Part shown: positions 51,170 to 59,745 of the stretch, piece after piece
How positions within the stretch are numbered: position 1 is the stretch's first letter
How the letters are laid out: each line of letters begins with the position of its first letter
Assembly: GCA_036499625.1 (NCBI GenBank)
Contig: DASYDJ010000068.1
Coordinates: 21,988-85,987, forward strand
Source: Gemmatimonadaceae bacterium
Lineage (GTDB): Bacteria > Gemmatimonadota > Gemmatimonadetes > Gemmatimonadales > Gemmatimonadaceae
Reading direction: 5' to 3'
DNA: 64,000 bases
Made by a program: the position numbers and the translations under genes
Notes under the pieces: generated by a model
Seen by the model: the letters and a program-made list of their open reading frames with translations, nothing else
Told to the model about the DNA's origin: nothing
The model's database searches: none

Positions 51170-53239
51170 TCACGGCACCGGAATCGTCCCTCGCCGCGTA
51201 AGCACTCCATCACTACACAGCATCGTGAGCTGACGCCCGGACGCCATCATCACGCGAACGCTGGCATCATCGCTTACGCCAACAACCGTCCCAGTACTCG
51301 CATCGATCGCAATCACACCTCGCGCCCCCGCATCGACGCACGACGCCGACACGAGTTGCCCGCCCGCTACTCGCGCCACTGAGACCCGCGCCGGAACGCT
51401 CGCAGTGCGCGCCGCGCCAGCGCTCCCGTTGACCGAAGCCCCAAAGCGCTGACTCGCGACCGCCCGCGGCGCATCCGCCTCACCTTCCGGCCCCACGACT
51501 CTCACCCGATCAACCTGACTCTCCACGTCCGCACTCACAGGCACCGCCAACGCAAAGTGCCTCGTATTCGGCGCATGATCGATGACGGCCGGCGTGAGCG
51601 AATACGAGAACAACGTACGCCCCGCCGCATCCAATCCGTCGACTCGATACTCACCGTCCCGCGACGGCAACGCCGCCCGCGCATCCATCGCAAACACCGG
51701 CGACACAGTGATCGATTTCCCAAGCTCGATCGTTCCGCGAATCAACAACACTCGCGTCCGACCACTCGTCACCGCCGCTGCCGGCGGCACCCGCGACGCC
51801 AGCACGACAGGCTGACGAAACGCCATCACCGCCTTGTACGTGTACACACTTTCCCAATCTGGAAAGCAGTATCCCATGACATCGCCAGTGGTAGTCGGGA
51901 TCGCGACCGCCGACGTCGCGAGTCCGTTCGCCCACGAGTACACATCGAAGCCGACGTAATCCAGCAGACCGCCGGGCACAGGATACGACGCATCCAACGG
52001 CGCACCCGCGGGGCCGCACGGCGCATGCGATCGGCCGAACGTATGCGCCAACTCGTGCGCCACGTCGTCGCGCGCTTGGCTCGGCTCCGAGAACCAGTTG
52101 ATCTCGACGCTCGCCGACGTGCGCGTGTCCGGTCCGACATCCGAACCTGACGTTGGGATGTACGAGAACCCGCCGTAGATCGCGTAGTTGAAGCTGTCGG
52201 GTGGAGCGACGACGCCGTACCAGTTGCTCGTCGACTCCGTCGGGTCCGCAATGCGCGCGACGTCGAGCTCGGAGATCAGCTTCGTCCAGAACGACGCGTC
52301 GCCACCGCGCGGCGCCGTGCCGAAATTCGCCGATGTCGTGAACGCCTCGCCAACGTGTGCGTTGATCGCTCCCAGCGGATGCAGGCTGCGCGTCGCGCGA
52401 AGATACGCCGTCAGTTGCCCACTGGTGAGTGGCGGCGTGGAGTTGCTATTCGCCGCAATCACGATCGGAACGAAGCGCACGTTGAGCGCCGGCACTGCAA
52501 CCGTCGAGAGTGCAGTCGTACCGGTGCGCGGAAAGACGTCGTTCGACGCGTCGTTGTCGGGGACCACGCCGCGCGGATCGCGAACGACTTGCCACCGCAG
52601 CCCGCTCTGAATCGCCGACGCCGGCACCAACACCTGCACACTCGGCGCCGCATAATCCGGTGCGGCGCCAAGGGCGCTCTGCGTGACTGCGGTGTCAGTG
52701 CGCACGAGCGCGCCACCGGAGTTGTAGAGTCGCAGCACGACTTGCATCGACGTAGTGCTCGCGGGCGCTCCGCTGAGCATGATGTTCGCCACCATCGCGT
52801 TGCCGCCGAGTACGATGGGGATCGACCCGGTCGAGTCTTGGACGCCCTGCGTGAAGTTCACGCCGGTGATCGCAAAGTCGCGATCTGGCACCGCGGTCAC
52901 GGTCACGGCCGCGGTGCCGGTGATTCCTTCGCTGGTCACCGTGATGGTCGCCGTTCCAGCAGCGACGCCGGTGACGAGACCGTTGGTCACCGTGGCCTTC
53001 GTCGCGTCGCTCGTCGACCAGGTCAACGTGCGACCCGTCAGCGCGGTTCCGCTCGCGTCGAGCGCCGTCGCGGTGAGTTGCGCTGTCGCACCGGCTACGA
53101 GTGCTAGGGTGGGCGGCGTTACGGTCACCTTCGCTACGGCTGGATTCGACGGTCCAGCCGTCGATCCGCTCGAATCGTTGCTGCTGCCGCACGCGACGCT
53201 CGCTGCGGCCGCGGCGATGATGATGATTCTCTTAAACAT
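51170..53239 (-). CDS. Metzincin-type zinc metalloprotease lipoprotein with N-terminal Big_2 (Ig-like) domains
   Basis: ATG 53239. 'IIIIAAAAASVAC' lipobox. Big_2-like repeats ('VTVTPPTLALVAGATAQLTATALDASG', 'TVTNGLVTGVAAGTATITVTSEG'). 'HELAHTFGRSH' matches HExxHxxGxxH, and 'GDVMGYC' is a Met-turn-like motif. Confidence 0.8.
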   Translation of the reverse strand: MFKRIIIIAAAAASVACGSSNDSSGSTAGPSNPAVAKVTVTPPTLALVAGATAQLTATALDASGTALTGRTLTWSTSDATKATVTNGLVTGVAAGTATITVTSEGITGTAAVTVTAVPDRDFAITGVNFTQGVQDSTGSIPIVLGGNAMVANIMLSGAPASTTSMQVVLRLYNSGGALVRTDTAVTQSALGAAPDYAAPSVQVLVPASAIQSGLRWQVVRDPRGVVPDNDASNDVFPRTGTTALSTVAVPALNVRFVPIVIAANSNSTPPLTSGQLTAYLRATRSLHPLGAINAHVGEAFTTSANFGTAPRGGDASFWTKLISELDVARIADPTESTSNWYGVVAPPDSFNYAIYGGFSYIPTSGSDVGPDTRTSASVEINWFSEPSQARDDVAHELAHTFGRSHAPCGPAGAPLDASYPVPGGLLDYVGFDVYSWANGLATSAVAIPTTTGDVMGYCFPDWESVYTYKAVMAFRQPVVLASRVPPAAAVTSGRTRVLLIRGTIELGKSITVSPVFAMDARAALPSRDGEYRVDGLDAAGRTLFSYSLTPAVIDHAPNTRHFALAVPVSADVESQVDRVRVVGPEGEADAPRAVASQRFGASVNGSAGAARTASVPARVSVARVAGGQLVSASCVDAGARGVIAIDASTGTVVGVSDDASVRVMMASGRQLTMLCSDGVLTRRGTIPVP

Positions 53240-54083
53240 GTGCCGTGCCTTCCATTGCCAGCCCGCCATCGAGATGCTGCGCCCACAGCTTGACCGTCCG
53301 GCGATCCGATTCCACGCTCCCACACACCTGAAACGCTGAGACGTCGTACGTCGGCTTCATCGCGCGGAAACTGAACTTGGCGACGGTCGCATCCGGCAGA
53401 TTCCGTCGCAACAGATCGAGCAGCAGCGTCGCGATCAGCGGTCCATGCACGACCAAGCCCGGATAGCCTTCGACCTCGGTGACGTAGCGCCGATCGTAGT
53501 GAATGCGGTGTCCATTGAACGTCAGCGCCGAGTAGCGGAACAGGAGTACGTCGTCGGGCTCGATCGTTCGCATCCAGTCGTGTGTTGTCGGCGCGAGCTG
53601 TGTCGGCGCCGGCGGATCGCCCGGCTTCGGATTGTCACGATACACGATATCGTGCTCCTCGGCGATCACGGCACCTTGTTCATCAGAGATGTCGTGACGC
53701 ACGGTCACGAAAACCAATGTGCCGGTGCGCCCCTCTTTGCTGCTGACAGCGGCGATGTGCGAGTTGCGATGGATCGCGCTTCCGACACGCAGCGGGCGAA
53801 GAAACTCGATGCGGCTGCCGGCCCACATGCGGCGCGGCAGCGGCACAGGCGGAAGAAAACCGCCGCGCTTCGGATGGCCATCGGGGCCGAGCTCCGATTC
53901 GCGATGCACCGGCAGGAAATACAGCCAGTGCCAGCACGGTGGAATTGGATCGCCGGCGTGCGGCGTGGGATCGTCGCGGTCGAGCGTCGCGGCGAGCGCT
54001 TTCAGTGGCGCCGTCGTGACCACGTCGTCGATCGACTCGCTCTTGCCGATCCACTGCTTGAGGTGCTCGATGTCGACTGTCAT
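53232..54083 (-). CDS. MaoC/FAS1-like double-hotdog (R)-hydratase family protein
   Basis: 283 aa. 'CWHWLYF', 'MWAGSRIEF' and 'GYPGLVVHGPLIATLLLD'. Confidence 0.8.
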   Translation of the reverse strand: MTVDIEHLKQWIGKSESIDDVVTTAPLKALAATLDRDDPTPHAGDPIPPCWHWLYFLPVHRESELGPDGHPKRGGFLPPVPLPRRMWAGSRIEFLRPLRVGSAIHRNSHIAAVSSKEGRTGTLVFVTVRHDISDEQGAVIAEEHDIVYRDNPKPGDPPAPTQLAPTTHDWMRTIEPDDVLLFRYSALTFNGHRIHYDRRYVTEVEGYPGLVVHGPLIATLLLDLLRRNLPDATVAKFSFRAMKPTYDVSAFQVCGSVESDRRTVKLWAQHLDGGLAMEGTAHV

Positions 54084-54111
54084 GCCGTACAGAATACTAC
54101 ATCAGGCCGCG

Positions 54112-55776
54112 TCAGCGCCGCTGAAAGTCCAACGAGCCGATCGCGATGCCCGCGAGCGTGCCGATGTACGCGAACCATTGTTGCGCGGCCGCGTTCGCGC
54201 GGGGCTGCGCGACGCCGAGCATGGCGTTGCGCGTTGCGGGTGAGGCGTCGCCCATGAGCAGAGCGTCATCGATCGCGGTCGTGATCTGCGCGGGACTCTG
54301 GCCCTCGAGGTGCAACCCGGGCTGCCAGCGCGACATGAGTACGTTGGGAAACTGATTCGCGCCGACCCGGACGCCAAGATTCACGCGATCGATCAACGCT
54401 CCAGCGTTCATCCACGATGCTGCTTGATCGGGCCAGCCGTCAGGCGTGCTGCGCCCGAAGATCGGTTGGCCGAGCGACGCGACGAGTGCCGCGCTGCGCG
54501 GCGTGGTGTCGGGGAGCGCTTCCATCGCACGCATGACGCTCGCGACGAGCTCGAACGGCGTTTTCACCTTGGCGCGGTACGCCGCTCCGCTATTGAACTC
54601 GGGCGACGTGAAGATGGTGCGCAACACCTCGCGAATGTCGCCATCGGTGCGCAGGTATGTTTGCGCTGCACGCTCGACCAGCGCCGGTGGCGCGCTGTCG
54701 CTCACGAAGTGCACGACCAGCTTCTTGGCGATGAATCGCGCGGTGGCGGGACTGCGCGCGAGAATGTCGAGCACTTCTTGACCGTCTTCGATGCCGCGGC
54801 CGCCCGGAATGTGGACGCCCAGCACTGTCTTTTCGCCGGCGTCATGACGCGCGGGCTGAAATGAGAACGTGCCGCCCATCTGCGGATTGTCGATTCCCCA
54901 ACCGGTCAGGCAGCGTGCCACTTCCTGCACGTCCTGCTGGGTGTAGCCGCCATCCACGCCGAGGGTGTGTAGCTCCATCAGCTCGCGCGCGTAATTCTCG
55001 TTGACGCCAATTCCGCGGCGATGCACGGTGTGGGCGAGCGTCGTATCGCCGAGCGGAGGATGCGTGCGTCGGCGCGTCTCCACCTCCCACTCGGCAGGAT
55101 TCGGATGCAGGCTGTCGACGGCGCTCTGGTAGTTGTCGAGATAGAACAGCATGGCCGGACTCGTGGCGACGACACCGAGCAGGTCGCGAAATTTCCCGAG
55201 CGCGTGGGCATGAATCGCGCGATCGTAATCGACCAGGGTCCACGGACTCGGCATCTTTTCGGTGCTCACGGAGAAGTGATTCTCCCAGAACACGGTCATG
55301 ACCTCGAGCAGTTGGCGGTCGCTCACCGTGGCGCGAAGCATGATGGACGGCGCGAGCTCGCGAATGGCGTCGGTGCGACTGCGCAGCAGCGCAGGCGCTT
55401 CCTCGCGGCGCTTGGCGGTGAGCGCGGCGTTCGTGGTGTCGCGGTATTCGTTCGGCTGTGGGTGATCGGCGAACAGCTCGAATGCAGTCTTGCCGGTGAT
55501 GTCGAGGTGTGCGAGCACGCTGTCGGCCGCGCGGTCCGGAATGCGCTCCGGGTGGAGCTGAAGATCCACCCACTTGTCGACGCCCATGTGTTCGACGCGG
55601 GCCAGATCGCCGGGGCGTGCGCCGAACGTGAGCCGGTCGATGGCCTGGCGCGCACGATTGGCGTCGTCGAGCGACGCATTCGGTCCAGGCGCCGGCGCTC
55701 CAGCTGTCCCGCCGACCGTTCCAGCGCAGCCGGCCAACGCGAGTGTCACGCATACCGTCAGGCTGGATCGGCGCAT
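54112..55776 (-). CDS. DUF1800 family protein (secreted/lipoprotein)
   Basis: 'MTVFWENHFSV', 'MLFYLDNYQS' and 'NENYARELMELHTLGVDGGYTQQDV'. N-terminal 'VCVTLALAGC'. Confidence 0.85.
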   Translation of the reverse strand: MRRSSLTVCVTLALAGCAGTVGGTAGAPAPGPNASLDDANRARQAIDRLTFGARPGDLARVEHMGVDKWVDLQLHPERIPDRAADSVLAHLDITGKTAFELFADHPQPNEYRDTTNAALTAKRREEAPALLRSRTDAIRELAPSIMLRATVSDRQLLEVMTVFWENHFSVSTEKMPSPWTLVDYDRAIHAHALGKFRDLLGVVATSPAMLFYLDNYQSAVDSLHPNPAEWEVETRRRTHPPLGDTTLAHTVHRRGIGVNENYARELMELHTLGVDGGYTQQDVQEVARCLTGWGIDNPQMGGTFSFQPARHDAGEKTVLGVHIPGGRGIEDGQEVLDILARSPATARFIAKKLVVHFVSDSAPPALVERAAQTYLRTDGDIREVLRTIFTSPEFNSGAAYRAKVKTPFELVASVMRAMEALPDTTPRSAALVASLGQPIFGRSTPDGWPDQAASWMNAGALIDRVNLGVRVGANQFPNVLMSRWQPGLHLEGQSPAQITTAIDDALLMGDASPATRNAMLGVAQPRANAAAQQWFAYIGTLAGIAIGSLDFQRR

Positions 55777-55844
55777 ATGGATTTTATAATACCAATAGAC
55801 TTAACCCGCGCTGCGAAGGTTCAGCGTAGAAGCTACTGCAACCG

Positions 55845-57434
55845 TCAGAGACTCGACCGCCGCCGGTCGGAGCCGGATGTTCTGCGCTCCTGGTTGGGAT
55901 CGCTGCGTGCGTCGAGCTGGCTGTCGTATTTCGTCCACTCGCGCTCCAGGTCGAGCGGCGACACGTAGTCCGGATTGCCCGCCATGATGCCGGTGACGTT
56001 CCGAAAGCGCGGACCGAGATGCATGCCGTGTTCGTCGATCGTGAATGCGTGAATGCCTTTGTCGTGCGTCGAGCCGCGCATCTTGAGCACCGTCAACCCG
56101 CGCTGCATCTCGCCGAACATCTCGACGTACCGCAGCAGAATGATCGAATCGGTGAGCGTGGAGATGTGGCCTTCGGTGATCGAGGAGCCGCCCATGAGCG
56201 ACGCGGTCGTCGCCGTGAACAAGCCGGTGATCTCCTGGTGCTTGATGAACGACGTGAGTCCGATCACGAACTCGCGAAACGCCTTGATCGTGCCCACGCG
56301 CTCCATTGCCGAAAGACTATCCAGCGCGACGCGCTGCGGCTTGAACTCCTTGATCATCCCTTCGATCGTGAGGAGCCAGTCCTCGAGCGTCGCGACTTCG
56401 GGATAGTCGCAGACGACGCGCAGCAGTCCGTCGCTTTCCATCTTCTCGAAGTCGACGCCCCAGCCCGTCGCGTTCCGGAAGAGCTGATCGCGACTCTCCT
56501 CGAACGCCAGCAGCAAGCATCGCTCGCCCATGTCGGCGGCGCCCTTCATGAACTGGGTGACCGTCAGCGTCTTGCCGGTGCCGGTGGCGCCGGACACGAG
56601 AATTACCGAATCTCTAAAGAAGCCGCCGCCGCACATTTGGTCGAGCTCCGGGTTGCCCGACGACACGCGAATGTTCGACGACTTCTGCTTGAGCTGAATG
56701 CCCGACAGAGGAATCACGACGAGTCCGAGGTCGGGCACGATCGTGACCGGAAACTCGCCCTTCTGGTGGTCGGTGCCGCGGAATTTGAGAATCTCGATCG
56801 TCCGGCGGCGCGACTCCTCCTCGAGGACGTTGCGAAGGACCATCACGTTGTCGGCGATGAACTCTTCCACACCGAATCGCGCGATCGGCCCATAGTCCAG
56901 CGTCCGTTCGGCCGTCAGTAGCGCTGTGACGCCCATGCGCTTGAGGGCCCACGCAATGCGGAACAGTTCGCGCCGAACGATGGACTGATCAGAAAACTGT
57001 GAGAAGATCGCGCCGAGTGAATCGACTGATACGCGCTTGGCGTTGACCTTCTTTACCGCGTACTCCACGCGAGCCAGCAGCGCGCTGAGATCGAACGCCC
57101 CGCTCTCGACCATCTCGGTTTCGGGATCCGGGGACGCATCGACCATCGCGAGCCGCCCGTCACGTTCCCACTCGTCCAGATCCCAGCCAAAGCTCCGCAT
57201 GTTGTCGCGGATGTCGTCAGCCGACTCCTCGAACGTCACGAACACGCCATGCTGGTCGGCTTCGAGAAGGCCGGCGGCGAGAAATTGCACCGCGAACACC
57301 GTCTTGCCGCTGCCGGCCGTTCCCGACAGCAGGGTTGTGCGACCTTCAGGCAGGCCGCCCTTGGCAATGATGTCGAAGCTTGGAATTCCAGTGGAGACTT
57401 TCTTGACGGGGGACCGCTTGACGACGTCGGTCAT
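55845..57434 (-). CDS. kaiC: Circadian clock protein KaiC homologue (double RecA-like ATPase)
   Basis: 529 aa. Walker A 'GTAGSGKT' and 'GATGTGKT'. 'FEES' in both halves. Phosphosite context 'EGHISTLTDSIILLRYVEMFGEM'. Confidence 0.93.
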   Translation of the reverse strand: MTDVVKRSPVKKVSTGIPSFDIIAKGGLPEGRTTLLSGTAGSGKTVFAVQFLAAGLLEADQHGVFVTFEESADDIRDNMRSFGWDLDEWERDGRLAMVDASPDPETEMVESGAFDLSALLARVEYAVKKVNAKRVSVDSLGAIFSQFSDQSIVRRELFRIAWALKRMGVTALLTAERTLDYGPIARFGVEEFIADNVMVLRNVLEEESRRRTIEILKFRGTDHQKGEFPVTIVPDLGLVVIPLSGIQLKQKSSNIRVSSGNPELDQMCGGGFFRDSVILVSGATGTGKTLTVTQFMKGAADMGERCLLLAFEESRDQLFRNATGWGVDFEKMESDGLLRVVCDYPEVATLEDWLLTIEGMIKEFKPQRVALDSLSAMERVGTIKAFREFVIGLTSFIKHQEITGLFTATTASLMGGSSITEGHISTLTDSIILLRYVEMFGEMQRGLTVLKMRGSTHDKGIHAFTIDEHGMHLGPRFRNVTGIMAGNPDYVSPLDLEREWTKYDSQLDARSDPNQERRTSGSDRRRSSL

Positions 57435-57763
57435 TTCTCAGTGGGTTTGTTGGCAGCCTTGCGGGCGGCGTGAAGCTCGAGACCGACGAGCAATTTGTCT
57501 TTATCCGACAGATCGCCAACGACGCGGCGAAGCGGCGGAGGCAGTCGCTTGATCAGCGTCGGTGTGGCGAGGATCTTCGCTTCTTCGGCACGTTCGGGGT
57601 GCTCGAGCACGTCCACGATCTCAAGGTCGTATTCGCCGCACAGCTCACCTTCGCACACATGGCGAAGGTTGGCGATCGCAAGATCGGCACGAGGGCTCGA
57701 GCCGGTAATGAACAACGTGAGCAAGTATTGAGGCTGCTCGTCGGATCGTTGGTGGTCGGGCAT
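57431..57763 (-). CDS. kaiB: Circadian clock protein KaiB homologue
   Basis: ATG 57763 chosen (track ORF starts at 57904). 'LTLFITGSSPRADLAIANL' and 'ILATPTLIKRLPPPLRRVVGDLSD'. The stop overlaps the kaiC start (ATGA). Confidence 0.9.
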   Translation of the reverse strand: MPDHQRSDEQPQYLLTLFITGSSPRADLAIANLRHVCEGELCGEYDLEIVDVLEHPERAEEAKILATPTLIKRLPPPLRRVVGDLSDKDKLLVGLELHAARKAANKPTEK

Positions 57764-57916
57764 CGTCCACGCCTCTGGAGCGGCGACGTCGTCGTCTGCC
57801 GCTGGTGGCAGAGTGCTCGGTCGCGAGCTGTTTGAATTTCGTGCGCGCGTCACGACGCTGGCAAGATGCGTCTCTGCGCGCCGGGCTGAACAAGCAGGTT
57901 CCACGCCAAGTCACCG

Positions 57917-59626
57917 GTGCAAACGCACACGGACTCGGGCATGGAGTTTGAATTTGTGGTCGGCATGAACCCCGAGTCGCGAACCGGAGACGATCGGCGT
58001 CGGCGCAATCGCCTCGAGCAGCAGCGGCTCGAGGCGATCGTGGATCGCATTGCCGACGGGGTGCTGGTCGTCGACAACGACGGGATGATCAAATTCGCCA
58101 ACCCCGCCGCGGAACAGCTATTCGGCCGCTCGGCGCAGGAGCTGACCAGGGGCGACTTCGGGTTTCCGGTCGTAGCAGCCGACAAATCAGAGATCGAAGT
58201 GATTCGCCCGGCAGCGCCGCCGATGACCGCCGAAGTCCGCGTCGTCGACACCGAGTGGGCTGGCGAGCCGGCCCATCTCGTATCGCTCCGCGACATCAGC
58301 GATCGAAAGCGCGCCGAGGAGCGCGCGGCGGAGCTCGAGGTCGAGCGGATTGCTCGCGCGAAAGCCGAAGCCGCAAATCAGGCGAAGTCGGAATTTCTGA
58401 CGCTCATGAGCCATGAGCTGCGGACGCCGCTGAACGCAGTGATCGGCTATGCGGATTTGCTCGATCTGGGGATTGGTGGAACGCTCGAGCCCCTCCATCA
58501 ACAGCACGTCTCGCGCATTCGCGCGAGCGGCCGGCACCTGCTCGGCCTCGTCAACGAGCTGCTCGACCTGGCCAAAGTGGAGAGCGGTACGCTGTCGGTG
58601 CACCGGAGCATCGGCTTCGCCACGAGTACCATATCGGACGTGTTGGCGCTCATACGGCCGCTGGCCGATTCGCGTCGAATCGCGTTGACGGTGAAGTCGT
58701 CTCCCGTCGACGCGCGATACGAAGGCGACATCGATCGCGTGCGACAGGTGCTGGTGAATCTATTCAGCAATGCGATCAAGTTCACCGAGCCGGGCGGGGA
58801 AGTGACCATCGAGTGGGAAAAGGCCATGGAGTCGGATGCCGGCTCGCGATTGCTCGGTCGCGGACCGTGGCTTCGCATTCGCGTGTGCGACACAGGCATC
58901 GGCATGCCGGCGCAAAAGCTCTCGCGCATCTTCGATCCGTTCGTGCAGCTCGAGAGCAGTCACACGCGGACGAAGGAAGGTTCGGGTCTTGGCCTGACAC
59001 TCAGCCGGCGTCTCGCGCGGTTGATGAATGGCGATCTCACCGTGCGCAGCGCGGTTGGTCACGGATCGACGTTCACGCTGTGGTTGCGCGAGCCGGGTGC
59101 GGACGCGCAGGGGTCGGAGCGCGTGGCCGATGCGACGCAAGGCGACGCACCGCGACGCGTGGAGGGATTGGCCGACGTCGGTAACATGATTGTTCGCGAG
59201 CTCGCGCACATTACCGAGCGGTTCGTAACGCGCTTGCGCAGCGAGGATGGACTGGGAAAATCCCGCCGACTGTCGCGAACCGAGTTGGCGGATCACGTCG
59301 GGACGTTCGTCGCCAACATCGGCGGCTTGCTCGCCGCGATCGAAGAAGGAAAGGGCCAGCCGTCGAGCGTACTCGCCGATGCGGCGCAGATTCAGTCGAC
59401 GATCGCGGACCGCCATGGCGCGCAGCGCGCGCAGCTCGGATGGACGCAGGAGATCATGCGTCGCGAATGGACGATCTTGTGCGAGGAAATCGAGTCGGTG
59501 ATTGCCTCCCACACGGACGACGTGCCCGAGGCGGCAATCGCCGAATCAGTTTCGATCGTCGAACGGTTGATCGAGCAGGCGAACGAGGTCAGTTGCCGCG
59601 CGATGCAGCGCACGGCATTTCACTAG
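57917..59626 (+). CDS. PAS-HisKA-HATPase histidine kinase with extra C-terminal helical domain
   Basis: PAS 'VDRIADGVLVVDNDGMIKFANPAAEQLFG', H-box 'MSHELRTPLNAV', HATPase 'DTGIGMP', 'GSGLGLTLS', then ~180 further residues. GTG 57917 or ATG 57941 start. No TM. Confidence 0.88.
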   Translation: MQTHTDSGMEFEFVVGMNPESRTGDDRRRRNRLEQQRLEAIVDRIADGVLVVDNDGMIKFANPAAEQLFGRSAQELTRGDFGFPVVAADKSEIEVIRPAAPPMTAEVRVVDTEWAGEPAHLVSLRDISDRKRAEERAAELEVERIARAKAEAANQAKSEFLTLMSHELRTPLNAVIGYADLLDLGIGGTLEPLHQQHVSRIRASGRHLLGLVNELLDLAKVESGTLSVHRSIGFATSTISDVLALIRPLADSRRIALTVKSSPVDARYEGDIDRVRQVLVNLFSNAIKFTEPGGEVTIEWEKAMESDAGSRLLGRGPWLRIRVCDTGIGMPAQKLSRIFDPFVQLESSHTRTKEGSGLGLTLSRRLARLMNGDLTVRSAVGHGSTFTLWLREPGADAQGSERVADATQGDAPRRVEGLADVGNMIVRELAHITERFVTRLRSEDGLGKSRRLSRTELADHVGTFVANIGGLLAAIEEGKGQPSSVLADAAQIQSTIADRHGAQRAQLGWTQEIMRREWTILCEEIESVIASHTDDVPEAAIAESVSIVERLIEQANEVSCRAMQRTAFH

Positions 59627-59646
59627 AACTGGCTTCAAACACGATT

Positions 59647-59737
59647 GTCATTCCGAGCGAAGCGAGGAATCTTCCGTCTTTCTCGAGATCTCGATCACAC
59701 ACACGAGATCCCTCGTCGCTGCGCTCCTCGGGATGAC
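59647..59737. repeat. Family-1 palindromic intergenic element, copy 4
   Basis: GTCATTCCGAGCGAAGCGAGGAATC ... GATCCCTCGTCGCTGCGCTCCTCGGGATGAC. The termini are identical to copy 1 and the core differs. It lies between convergent stops (59626 and 59746). Confidence 0.9.
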
Positions 59738-59745
59738 AACTTCGA

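Noticed and set aside
50596-53323. Genomic island or prophage integrated at tRNA-Gln
   Set aside because: There is no integrase, recombinase or phage gene, and I could not spot a direct repeat of the tRNA 3' end. Only the decayed TA module hints at past mobile DNA.
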